Part shown: in pieces, positions 30,055-39,642 of the stretch
How the letters are laid out: each line of letters begins with the position of its first letter
Numbering within the stretch: the stretch's first letter is position 1
NCBI GenBank assembly: GCA_963702095.1
Contig: OY969706.1
Coordinates: 1,152,001 to 1,216,000 of the forward strand
Direction: 5' to 3'
Length of the DNA: 64,000 bases
From: Candidatus Bathyarchaeota archaeon
GTDB lineage: Archaea; Thermoproteota; Bathyarchaeia; Bathyarchaeales; Bathycorpusculaceae
The notes under the pieces: model-generated
The model's database searches: none
The model's input: only the letters and a program-made list of their open reading frames with translations
Told to the model about the DNA's origin: nothing
Program-made: the position numbers and the translations under genes

Positions 30055-30321
30055 TTAAAGTTTGTTTATCAGCATGTACTTCCAAGTAAACCTATTAATC
30101 AAGTATCCACCCGCTAAACATGCAAAAAGCAGGACCGTTAGAAGGAGAATTTGACCGCTTCCACCAAAAGTATCGCTTATTTGTGCACTGTACCCGCTTA
30201 GATGCAAAATAAAGATTGAAGCAAACCAAAGAAGCAAACCGAATACAACGAATCTTGCGTAATAATTAGTTGTCTTGTATTTGGGGGTAACTTGCTTCTT
30301 TTTGGAATTCACTTGGTACAC
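30055..30321 (-). CDS. Small 2-TM hypothetical protein
   Basis: 88 aa, two hydrophobic helices. Confidence 0.5.
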   Translation of the reverse strand: MYQVNSKKKQVTPKYKTTNYYARFVVFGLLLWFASIFILHLSGYSAQISDTFGGSGQILLLTVLLFACLAGGYLINRFTWKYMLINKL

Positions 30322-30364
30322 CGACCTTGTTGACAGAACGTTAACGTATTAAGTTGAATAATGC

Positions 30365-30568
30365 TTATCTGCTTTTGTTATTTGCTCTTTTTTTAGAAAC
30401 CGAACAGCGAGGTTTTGGTCTTTTGCAGTATGGCAGTTTGCCTTTGGCGGCGTGGTAGGTGGTGCATTCGGTGCATCTGCCTTGGCGGATGTATTTCTTT
30501 TTTGGGCAGGGCAGTCTTCTTTGTGCTAAATGCGGGAATAGCCAATTTGTATGTTGCTCCACATCCAC
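30365..30568 (-). CDS. Possible small Cys/His-rich protein
   Basis: CP....GRCTEC..YH....LPYC pattern; start uncertain. Confidence 0.4.
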   Translation of the reverse strand: MDVEQHTNWLFPHLAQRRLPCPKKKYIRQGRCTECTTYHAAKGKLPYCKRPKPRCSVSKKRANNKSR

Positions 30569-30944
30569 ATGGAGCCCGACCCAACATGGAGCCCTGTATA
30601 GCGTGTGGAAGAAAACGCCGCTGCCACACCGAAACAGACGCCGAAAACCGTTGCAACCCTAAAAAGTAGCCTCCTTCTTAAACCGTCTTGTGGTGCCCCG
30701 TAAACTGCCATACCCCCATAAAGAGAACCGAAGATAACCAAGTACGTTAGGGATGGCTGGCTTTTAAATTTAAGCAAAGAAGGAAGGTTCTCTGGTGATT
30801 GTACTAATAAAACAGTTAATTGCTGTCGGTCTATCGAAATTTTTTTAAGAGAAAGACCTTAATAAACTTAAAATAGTTTCTCAATAATGAAGCGCTATAC
30901 AACTATTTAAATAACAAAGTGAGCATTGAAACTTTGGGTTCGCT

Positions 30945-31244
30945 TTGGTATGCAAATACCTCACCGATAAAGGTGCATGCAACGCATTTCGTGAAAAGTG
31001 GGAGTGCATTTTCCCAGAACACCGCCTAAAAAGCCACGAAGCATGCCCAAGATACCAATTCAATAAAGAAAAAGTTGTAAAAGAAGGCGAGGAGTATTTG
31101 CAGGCTCAACCCTTGACTGATTTATACAACAGCAGGTCAAAAGTTTCGGCTTTTCAGCTTGTGGAATCAGTCTCAACCAGCCTGCAACCCGACACCGACG
31201 CAGACACAAAAAAGCAATCGCCCAAACAACTCATTGAAAAATGA
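30945..31244 (+). CDS. Small Cys-containing hypothetical protein whose C-terminus is encoded by the dispersed repeat
   Basis: CKY....GAC..C..CPRY; last ~30 codons lie within 31154-31283. Confidence 0.5.
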   Translation: MVCKYLTDKGACNAFREKWECIFPEHRLKSHEACPRYQFNKEKVVKEGEEYLQAQPLTDLYNSRSKVSAFQLVESVSTSLQPDTDADTKKQSPKQLIEK

Positions 31245-31283
31245 TGAGCAAGAACAACACTCTCTTCTTCTAACACTAGAAAA
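31154..31283 (+). repeat. Dispersed 130-bp repeat
   Basis: Near-identical to the reverse complement of 17669-17798. Confidence 0.9.
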
Positions 31284-31308
31284 CAAAAACTAAGAAAAGG
31301 AAGATTGT

Positions 31309-31848
31309 TTATTCTACTACGTAACGGTATGTTATATGTTCGCCTGCAGTAGTGCTTTTACGAGTGATTTTTAATACGTCGCCGGGTTCTGCGCCGATGG
31401 CTTTGACTGCGGGGTCGCCGGAGCGGATTTGAGGCATCTGGTACGGCTTCACTCTGTACTGGGCAAGCAACTCTTTCTTTTCTTTCTCGCTAAGTATCTC
31501 GTGGTAAGGCACCAAGGCATGCTCGAAAATGTCGAACACTGGGAAGGATTTGGGCAGCAACTCAACATTCTTCTTTTTAGCGCCTAACTTGACGGCGTGG
31601 GTGTAGCGTCCTTCGGTGACGACGATGGCGCGTTCAAGTTCTTTCTCCTTCAACACTTTGTAGAGAGTGTTCATGGCTGCGATGCCAACTGTGGCTTCGC
31701 CTAGGATGCACCAGACAATCGCTCTTTCCTTGTTCTGGGGTATATCGATTATGTAGGCGTATGCGCCTTCATACTTCTGTTTCTCGACAAGCTTGTATTT
31801 TCTGAGTTTTATGAGGACTTCCGCTTTGCGTTCTTCGATCGTTTCCAT
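31309..31848 (-). CDS. rpo5: RNA polymerase subunit Rpo5/H with N-terminal extra domain
   Basis: [42 protein letters not shown]. Confidence 0.92.
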   Translation of the reverse strand: METIEERKAEVLIKLRKYKLVEKQKYEGAYAYIIDIPQNKERAIVWCILGEATVGIAAMNTLYKVLKEKELERAIVVTEGRYTHAVKLGAKKKNVELLPKSFPVFDIFEHALVPYHEILSEKEKKELLAQYRVKPYQMPQIRSGDPAVKAIGAEPGDVLKITRKSTTAGEHITYRYVVE

Positions 31849-32020
31849 TTTGGTGCTCAAACCACAAACCTCAAACGTAGAATACCTCGCAACTAAAATA
31901 AACATCTACCCTTAAACTTTTCTCTCACCGAAAGCTAATCCCCGTCCCAACTGCGCATTTTTAGCCATAAAAACGCAAAAATTATTAGCACAATCAGCCA
32001 AAAGGGAATTGGGGATTGAA

Positions 32021-33085
32021 ATGATCCCAAAACATTGGGACATAACCCTTCCCGTTGACCTTATCCGGGCTGTCGCCATAGTTCTGGTTATTTTACTGCA
32101 TGCATCCATCGAAGACTACCCCAACGTCGATTTGATGTCGCCTCAGGGCACACAGATCTGGGTAGCATCCAACATCTATGACTCCATAGCCCGCGTATGC
32201 ATCCCCCTGTTTGTCATGCTGGCGGGTGCTCTTCTGCTGCAACCCAGCAAAGCCGACGAACCATTAGGCGTGTTTTTTAAAAAGCGGTTTGCGAGGATTG
32301 GGGTTCCTTTTCTTTTTTGGGGCGCAATCTATTTCGTCTGGGGCTACTTCGTTGAAGGCTGGTCATTATCCGCCCAAACCATCGCCCAAGGTATACTAAA
32401 TGGACCCTACTATCAATTCTGGTTCCTCTACCTGCTGCTTGGACTCTACATACTAACCCCCATCCTGCGTGTACTCATAAAACATGCGAAACCAAAAATC
32501 ATCCGCTACCTCGTGGCGATATGGTTTTTGGGCACCGCCATACTTCCCCTCATCGGTTTGCTGGGACCCTACCAGCTAAACGCCAACGTCTTCATCTTCA
32601 CGGGTTGGATAGGCTACTTCGTCTTGGGCGTATACCTGCTAAACGTGCATGTGCGTCGGTGGCTGCTCTACGTTGGCTTAGCAGGCGGCTTATTGTGGAC
32701 GATGATAGGAACCTACCTCATCGTTGGTCACATGGGCGAAAAATACAGCCAATACTTCTACGACGCCTACACATTCAACATCATAGTAGCTTCAGAAGCC
32801 CTGTTTTTGCTATTGCTCTCGGTTCCGACGCAGGCGCTTCAAAACCAAAGGCCCCGATTAAACCGCGCTGTAAAAGTTGTCAGCGCCAACACGTTGCCCA
32901 TTTTTCTCTTCCACCCCATCGTGCTTGAAACCTTGCAGAACGGCTATTTGGGCGTAACAATCAGCATCACAACGCTAAATCCCTTCATAGAAATACCCTT
33001 GATCACCGCTTTGACCCTGCTCATCTGCCTTGCCGTGATTGTGCCACTTAAGAAAATTCCGGGCGTAAAACGAGTCATCGGTTAA
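32021..33085 (+). CDS. Acyltransferase-3 family membrane protein
   Basis: DLIRAVAIVLVILLH, VCIPLFVMLAGALLL, WFLY. Confidence 0.88.
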   Translation: MIPKHWDITLPVDLIRAVAIVLVILLHASIEDYPNVDLMSPQGTQIWVASNIYDSIARVCIPLFVMLAGALLLQPSKADEPLGVFFKKRFARIGVPFLFWGAIYFVWGYFVEGWSLSAQTIAQGILNGPYYQFWFLYLLLGLYILTPILRVLIKHAKPKIIRYLVAIWFLGTAILPLIGLLGPYQLNANVFIFTGWIGYFVLGVYLLNVHVRRWLLYVGLAGGLLWTMIGTYLIVGHMGEKYSQYFYDAYTFNIIVASEALFLLLLSVPTQALQNQRPRLNRAVKVVSANTLPIFLFHPIVLETLQNGYLGVTISITTLNPFIEIPLITALTLLICLAVIVPLKKIPGVKRVIG

Positions 33086-33102
33086 ATTTTGCATATAACT
33101 TT

Positions 33103-33594
33103 TTGACCAAAAAATATAATTTAGTCAGCCACCATAGGCTAGTTTGGGTTTTTGTTTTGTCTCATTCTGATTCTGCCATTCTTAAAAATCTCATGTTAAC
33201 TCTAAAAACTAAGTCGTTGACTTCCGAGAACCTCTTCAGAAGGGAAACCAAGGAGGTTGACGACATGTTCATGGATTTAATGAGTGTTTTCCAGCGGTAC
33301 TACGACCACGCCCCAGACAGAGACAAGCAGACGCTGCATAGCATCATGGACCTCGTCATCTTACTCTCGGAACAAGTACATTCGTCCCATCGCCAAGCAG
33401 AAAACGCCATAGCCGACTTCAAAACCTACATAACTGCGTTGGAAGGCAGCTACAAAAACGTGGACGGCGACTTCGAAAAAACAATCGCGGAACCCGCAGA
33501 GAAAGAAGCGGAAGTCAAAGATAAAGAGGAGGAGGAACGCGCTAAAGCTATCGAGGAATACACTAAACGGGCGCGTCCCAAATTCTACGAGTAA
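33103..33594 (+). CDS. Hypothetical helical protein
   Basis: 163-aa ORF with host-like codon usage; start uncertain. Confidence 0.55.
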   Translation: MTKKYNLVSHHRLVWVFVLSHSDSAILKNLMLTLKTKSLTSENLFRRETKEVDDMFMDLMSVFQRYYDHAPDRDKQTLHSIMDLVILLSEQVHSSHRQAENAIADFKTYITALEGSYKNVDGDFEKTIAEPAEKEAEVKDKEEEERAKAIEEYTKRARPKFYE

Positions 33595-33595
33595 G

Positions 33596-34456
33596 CTATT
33601 TGCGCTCGATTAATTCAATGAGGGTTCCATCAGGGTCTTCGAGGAAAGCGATGGTTGTGTTCCTGTCGAATTTGGTTGGTTCGTCGCTGATTGTTACGCC
33701 TGCCTGTTTCATGGTGGCTACGGTTTTTTCTATGTCGCCTACTTCGAAGCCTAAGTGGTCAAAGAGGCGTTTCTCGTATTCGGGCTGCTGGAACTCTTTT
33801 TGGTCACGGTAAAATGTTAACTCAAGAATGCAGCCTCTGCCCTCTGGGTCTTGGAGAAAAACGATTTCTGCGTTGGTTGCTTTGATTTCATGTCGGCTCT
33901 TAACAACTAGACCGAAGAATTTACTGTAAAACTCGATGCTTCGTTGCATGTTGCTTGTGCGGATGCTGGCATGAACAAACACGCCGCCTCCACCAGCCTT
34001 TTCATTGGCGATTCTGCCATGAATACCAGTTTGCGGAGGCTTTGCTGCTTCTGCATCCAATGTTTTGTTCACCAATGCATCAGCCCTGCTAATCTGTGGG
34101 TGACTCCTAGGAACATTCACAAAACTTGCCTTCGTAAAGCAGCCCAACATGGCTTTGACTTGGTGGTTGAGCCCCTGCAGCACCTTGTCTTTTACGGCAT
34201 ATTGGCCGTTGAGTTGTTTAGCAACTAATTCACTGTCAAGGTGGCAGACGACTTCGGTGGCCTCCTGATCAACAGCAAATCTGAGCGCCAACAATAGCGC
34301 TTCGTATTCGGCTTGGTTGTTAGTGCGGTAACCTATGAAGTGGGCGTCTGTTTTTACGGTTACACCCCGCTCGTTTCTGGCAACGTAGGCGGCTGCGGCT
34401 GGTCCAGGGTTGCCTCTTGCGCCGCCGTCGGAGTAAATCAGCAGTTTTTGACCCAT
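33596..34456 (-). CDS. RNase HI-like domain fused to VOC/glyoxalase domain
   Basis: YSDGGARGNPG, TNNQAEY, DSELV followed by HASIRT..FY, DHLGFEV, EDPDGTLIEL. Confidence 0.85.
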   Translation of the reverse strand: MGQKLLIYSDGGARGNPGPAAAAYVARNERGVTVKTDAHFIGYRTNNQAEYEALLLALRFAVDQEATEVVCHLDSELVAKQLNGQYAVKDKVLQGLNHQVKAMLGCFTKASFVNVPRSHPQISRADALVNKTLDAEAAKPPQTGIHGRIANEKAGGGGVFVHASIRTSNMQRSIEFYSKFFGLVVKSRHEIKATNAEIVFLQDPEGRGCILELTFYRDQKEFQQPEYEKRLFDHLGFEVGDIEKTVATMKQAGVTISDEPTKFDRNTTIAFLEDPDGTLIELIERK

Positions 34457-34579
34457 TTGCTCTTCACTGTCTTGTTTAACTATTAATTGATTATTTAAAG
34501 CGTTAACCACCCAGCGTTGTTTGGGTTGTATGTTACTGTTAATGTACAGTCACATTCGTTTAAGAGCTAAAATGCCCTA

Positions 34580-34948
34580 GTGGAAATTAAAATGGGGAAT
34601 GTTTGGTTGACGAGCTCCGCCGCAGGAACCGCCAAGCTCAATAGGCGTGAATTGCAGTTTGCGTTGCTTAAACATGACCGCGAACGCAATAACCTCAAAG
34701 GGTCCAGACGCGGCAAACTCGACATCATCGCAGAGATCCTTTTGTTCTGTGAGCAACAGAAAACTAAAACCAGCATAATGTACAACGCCAACCTTAACTA
34801 TTCGCAGCTTAAAACTCACATGGACTCGCTGAACTCTCAGGGTTTACTTGCCAAACGAGTCAACAAGTACTCCACGACCGAGAAGGGGCACCTTTTTCTA
34901 GAGTTGTTTGCTCAACTCAACGATTTACTTGCCGAGTCTAAGCCTTAA
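34580..34948 (+). CDS. Winged-helix transcription regulator
   Basis: RRGKLDIIAEIL, KTSIMYNANLNY, TTEKG. Confidence 0.8.
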   Translation: MEIKMGNVWLTSSAAGTAKLNRRELQFALLKHDRERNNLKGSRRGKLDIIAEILLFCEQQKTKTSIMYNANLNYSQLKTHMDSLNSQGLLAKRVNKYSTTEKGHLFLELFAQLNDLLAESKP

Positions 34949-34986
34949 TCGCCGTGTTCCGGCGATGCTGCATTTAAGAACACATT

Positions 34987-35163
34987 TTATTGCCTTCTAA
35001 CTTTATTGTTTAGTTCAAAATCTTTATCTTTTTTCAAATAAGCGATACAGTATTCAATTGCATGGCTAATTGAAGCGAACGTTCTCTCCTCAGAGTCAAC
35101 TTCGTTCTTGAGCCAATCATAGAGTTCTTGGTCTATGCTGATTGCTATTTTCTTCTTTGTCAT
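34987..35163 (-). CDS. Ribbon-helix-helix protein, 58 aa, not in ORF track
   Basis: Hand translation MTKKKIAISIDQELYDWLKNEV..FASISHAIEYCIAYLKK. Confidence 0.7.
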   Translation of the reverse strand: MTKKKIAISIDQELYDWLKNEVDSEERTFASISHAIEYCIAYLKKDKDFELNNKVRRQ

Positions 35164-35358
35164 CCCACGATCGCTACAATATCTTGAGTGACTGCACTTA
35201 AATGTTTACGTCGCAGGCGGCATTCGTAGGTATGACTTGGTATCGCTTGGCATTGATAAGAGTTAAATAATCATACTCAGTAAAAACTATCATAACTTAG
35301 TAGTACTACATCTGATTGAGCAGTAGTATGAAAAAGGAAAAGACTGGGGAGCATAAAA

Positions 35359-36968
35359 ATGAGTGAACGTACACAAAAAAATGGTTCATATCTAAATGGG
35401 AAATCAACCGTAGGAACAAACACACGAGTTAAAGACACAAGCACTATCAGTGGTATGTGTCCCATCTGCATCCGCGACTGTCCCGTGGTTTGCGAAATCA
35501 GCCTATCTGCTTTTAGAGGAAGAGAAGCACTCTATCCTGAACCGGCACAATTTGGAACAAGCACCGCAGGAGCCCTCAAGAATTTCGGGTTAGACTGGTC
35601 ACATTTCAACATACAAGCCGGACTTTTGGAAGCCCAAGGCATACCCGAAACCTCAGAAGACGCCATATTCCCAAATGCAAACACAGAAACAGTGGTAGGC
35701 GGGGTTCCACTTAAACTGCCAATCCTAACCGGCGCTTTCGGCTCAACAGAAGTAGCGCGTGTAAACTGGGATGGATTAGCGATTGGAGCAGCACTCGCAG
35801 GGGTCTCAGTGATAATAGGTGAAAACATTGCAGGTATGGACGTCGCAGCTACATGTACAAACGGAAAAGTAACCCATTCACCGGAGCTTAAACGAAGGGT
35901 TGATTCTTTTAGAAAATTCTGGGATAAAAAATATGGCGAGGTCATCGTGCAGACAAACGTCGAAGACCAAAGACTGGGCATAGACACATATGCGCTGTCA
36001 AAACTGGAAGTAAACGTGATTGAGCGTAAATGGGGTCAAGGCGCCAAAGCCATAGGTGGAGAAGTACGCCTAAAAGACATACAGAAAGCCATCCTACTCA
36101 AAAAACGCGGTTACATAGTGATCCCTGACCCAGAGGACCCTGTAGTTCAGCAGGCGTTTCGCGACGGCGTCTTTAACACCTTTGAGCGTCACAGCAGAGT
36201 CGGTATACCCAAAGAGAAGCCCTTCATAGAAGACATCGAGTGGCTACGTAAACAGGGCGCTAAAAAAGTGTTCCTAAAAACAGGCGCCTACAGGCCCTCA
36301 GCAGTTGCGTATACCATGAAATTTGCTTCTGAAGCAAAGATAGATGCGTTAAGCTTCGATGGTGCAGGCGGAGGAACAGGCATGAGCCCAGTACCCATGA
36401 TGGATGAAATGAGCATCCCAACATTGTATTTACAAGCACTGGTACTGCAATGCGCACAGATACTCAAAAGCAAAGGAAAATACGTTCCGGACTTAATTAT
36501 GGCCGGCGGCTTCATAGAAGAAACCAGCATATTCAAAACCATCGCAATGAGCAACTTTGGAAACGGCCCCTTGTCAAAGCAGTCTTGATGGGACGCTCAC
36601 CGCTTACAGCCGCTATGAAATCAAGCTATTTCAAACAACTCGCAGCCGAAGGCAAGTTACCGAGTAGTTTTGCCGCTAAATATGGTGCAACACCTGAGAA
36701 ATTCTTCATTGCCACACCAGAACTTAAAGCAAAGTACGGTCAACGTTTCAGTGAAATCCCCTTGGAAAGCATTGGCGTTTATACGTACTTGACGGACAGA
36801 ATTGGTGTGGGCTTGAAACAGTTAATGGCTGGCAATCGGAAATGGAACCTTAACTTGTTAAACCGGGGCGACCTCATGAGTTTAAGCAGCATTGCCCAAC
36901 AGGTAACAGGTATTCCACTAGCGCATGAAGTCGAAAACGACGCAGTCAAGGCAATTCTTGACTACTAA
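35359..36968 (+). CDS. FMN-binding glutamate synthase family protein (frameshifted ~36571)
   Basis: SGMCPIC..DC, KWGQGAKAIGGE, DGAGGGTGMSP; continues in another frame (VKAVLMGRSP). Confidence 0.85.
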
Positions 36969-37022
36969 ATTCACCTTCCTCTTTCATTTTTTTAAAAGGG
37001 GTAAGCGGGAGGAGTTTGTGTT

Positions 37023-37250
37023 ATGCCCAAAGCGTTTGTGTTAGTGAATACAGAGACCGGGTTTGAATCCGACGTTCTACGAGAATTAAAAACGATCGAG
37101 AGCATAGAAGAAGCCATAATAGTTTATGGAACATACGATATAGTGTTGCGCATAGCGTGTGCTTCGATGGATGAGCTTAAGCAAACAATCGCTTGGCAAA
37201 TAAGAAAAAGGGCTAAAATTACAGCAACTCAAACCATGATATTGCCATAG
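37023..37250 (+). CDS. Lrp/AsnC ligand-binding-domain protein
   Basis: AFVLVNTE.G, VYGTYDI. Confidence 0.8.
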   Translation: MPKAFVLVNTETGFESDVLRELKTIESIEEAIIVYGTYDIVLRIACASMDELKQTIAWQIRKRAKITATQTMILP

Positions 37251-37299
37251 GCTTATTGGAAAAGCGAGTGATAAAAAAATAGAAAAGGGTTCGGCGAAG

Positions 37300-38580
37300 C
37301 TATTTTTTAAGCAGCTCCATCAGCCTCGGCATCAACTCGTACCCATGCGCCAGAGTTCCCAAACTGCCGTTGGCACAGTTTTTCTCCGAGAACTTGCCGT
37401 CTTTACCGTCGCCTGCTACTTTGCCGCCTGAAATCAAAAGCGCCACCGGCGTGTCACTGTGCACTTTAAGCTCGCAGGGCGTCGCGTGGTCAGAGGTGAC
37501 GCAGATTAAGGTGTCTTTGAGCGAAATCTGCTTTAGCAAGGGTCCGAAGAAGTATTTGTCGATGGCTGCGATTATTTCGGTTTTTAGTTTGTAGTTGCCG
37601 TCGTGGCCGGGTTCGTCGGGGCCTTTGAGGTGTATGTAGAAGCAGTCGTGCTGTGGCAACGCTTCTTGGAGTGCTTTGACACGGTATTCCATGTCAGCCT
37701 GCAGGTTGCCTGAAGGGGGCGGAAGAAGCGAGGAATCCATGCCTGCCAACTGTGCTATGCCGCGTTCTGTGTGCATGTCGGCTAGGCAGGCGAAGTCGAC
37801 GTGGTAGTGTTGGTTGATGTTGAAGAATTTCGGCAGCAAATGACCGGCGTCACGGGTTAAGACGACGTTGGCTTTGAGTTTGCCTTCTTCGGCACGTTTT
37901 ATATTGATTGGGTGGTTTTCCAATAGCGCATGCGACTTCTCGATGAACTCGTTAACTAACCCCGCTGAGACTTTAGCGGCTTCAGTGTCGTCCATGGGCT
38001 CGCAGGTTTTCAGAACCATTTCGGGGTTGGCTTGTGCAACGCCTAATCCGTTGATTATGGCGTATGCGGGGTCACTGTTGGTTATGCTGCTTGAGAGGGG
38101 TTTATCTTTGCTTCTGATAAGCAGCACGGCTCGGTGTCCCAAGGTGTTTTTGAATTCAAACGTTGCCGGATAAGAGGTTAACTTGACTTCTTGGTTGACG
38201 GCTTCTGCGAGTTCCGTGGCTTCCTTTGTTGTCAGGTTGCGTCCAACTCGGCGGTCGATGATCTGTTTGCCTTCGCCTAAAGTTGCAAAGTTGCATCTTA
38301 GCGCCAAATCGCCGTCTTTCATCTTTAAGCCTATGCCGGCAGCTTCAGTGACGCCTCTGCCTGTACTGTACTTGAAGGGGTCATAGCCTAACAGTGAAAT
38401 CACCGCTACGTCGCTTTCAGGCGCGACACCCTTCCCCACAGTGTACATTAAACCGGTTTGTCCAGCTTCAACTAAACAATCCATGTTAGGGGTTTTTGCT
38501 GCTTCAAGGGGTGTTTTGTTGCCTAACGCTTTAATCGGCAAATCGCCCATGCCGTCGATGGCAATAAAGAGTAGTTTCAA
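37300..38580 (-). CDS. apgM: 2,3-BPG-independent phosphoglycerate mutase
   Basis: DGMGD, TPLEAAKTPNMD, PESD, KGPDEPGHDG, SDHATP. Confidence 0.93.
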   Translation of the reverse strand: MKLLFIAIDGMGDLPIKALGNKTPLEAAKTPNMDCLVEAGQTGLMYTVGKGVAPESDVAVISLLGYDPFKYSTGRGVTEAAGIGLKMKDGDLALRCNFATLGEGKQIIDRRVGRNLTTKEATELAEAVNQEVKLTSYPATFEFKNTLGHRAVLLIRSKDKPLSSSITNSDPAYAIINGLGVAQANPEMVLKTCEPMDDTEAAKVSAGLVNEFIEKSHALLENHPINIKRAEEGKLKANVVLTRDAGHLLPKFFNINQHYHVDFACLADMHTERGIAQLAGMDSSLLPPPSGNLQADMEYRVKALQEALPQHDCFYIHLKGPDEPGHDGNYKLKTEIIAAIDKYFFGPLLKQISLKDTLICVTSDHATPCELKVHSDTPVALLISGGKVAGDGKDGKFSEKNCANGSLGTLAHGYELMPRLMELLKK

Positions 38581-38626
38581 CCTTTTTTCCTCTTCAGCTA
38601 TGGCTATCTTGCTTAATCTTATAAAA

Positions 38627-39571
38627 CTATGTTTTTAGGGACAGAAGCGTTCGAATCGCCTTCTGCGTCTCCTGCGGCGCCCCAATTGTGTTTACCAAGT
38701 ATGTATCGCTTTTTTTGAAGAGCTTCTGGAAAAAGTTGGTGCGTAAAGCCAGTTTTCGGTCGTTCCGTACGAGTTGATGGGGGTTGCAGAAGTTATGTTC
38801 CAGCATATATTGCAAAGCGTCGTCCACAGTCAACGAAGTTACTGCCCGCGCATCTGCGGGGTCACGTTTCAGCAGTATTATTTTGTGTATGGTTGCCATG
38901 GGAATTACGCCGCCGCTGCCAACAATCCACCGCACATTCACAACTGCCCTGCCCCGCGCATCAAACTGCGCCTTATCCACCAACTGCTCATACTCGTTCC
39001 AGATTTTGCCTATGTCAGCTTGGATGTAAGTGTTTTTCTCAGAGCTAAACGCCAAAGGTTCACGGGTGCTTAAGCGTACAAAGTACCAGTCGTCGCTGAC
39101 TAGCCGAGCCGTTGGAATCCGCAGCAAACCCCAGGAATGGGTTGTTTTTCCTGTGCCTGAAGGGGCAATGATGGATATGCCGAGGCAGTTGATGTCTATG
39201 CATGCGCCGTGGACATGGTAAATGTGGTGTGCATCTTCTAAGATGTCTCCTGCAATGGCTAAGGCTATGCTTTTTATCCAGCCATAATAGTCGACGTTGA
39301 ATAGGAAGGCGGTTTTTGTGTAGGGGTCGTATTTTATGGTCATGGGTTGGTTGGGTTGGGTGAGGACGATGAGGCGTCCGTGGCTGCGGTTGTTTTCGTT
39401 TGCAGTGTAAAAGTTGTCTTCCCATAGGTCCTTGATTCTGGGGGAGTCTGTTAGGATTTTTATGCAGCAACCGTAGATTTCGGCTTTGTTGGTATAGAGC
39501 AAATCAGCTTTATATTTCTCGAATAAAGCATCTTTTTGGACCGGGTCGATTAGCTCTACTGTGTAGCTCAA
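38627..39571 (-). CDS. HPr-kinase/PEPCK-like P-loop protein
   Basis: HGAC, APSGTGKTT, LVSDDW. Confidence 0.7.
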   Translation of the reverse strand: MSYTVELIDPVQKDALFEKYKADLLYTNKAEIYGCCIKILTDSPRIKDLWEDNFYTANENNRSHGRLIVLTQPNQPMTIKYDPYTKTAFLFNVDYYGWIKSIALAIAGDILEDAHHIYHVHGACIDINCLGISIIAPSGTGKTTHSWGLLRIPTARLVSDDWYFVRLSTREPLAFSSEKNTYIQADIGKIWNEYEQLVDKAQFDARGRAVVNVRWIVGSGGVIPMATIHKIILLKRDPADARAVTSLTVDDALQYMLEHNFCNPHQLVRNDRKLALRTNFFQKLFKKSDTYLVNTIGAPQETQKAIRTLLSLKT

Positions 39572-39642
39572 GTTTTCCTCTCCAAAATTACTTGTTTAAT
39601 TATACTAAGGACGCGGATAAGCCTTTCTAACTTGGGCACTCG

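Noticed and set aside
12303-36968. Single-base frameshifts in ribK (~12414), ribL (~14011), thiolase (~29339) and the glutamate synthase-like gene (~36571)
   Set aside because: Scattered over unrelated conserved genes with no slippery sites; most simply assembly indel errors, not programmed frameshifting. Read mapping would decide.
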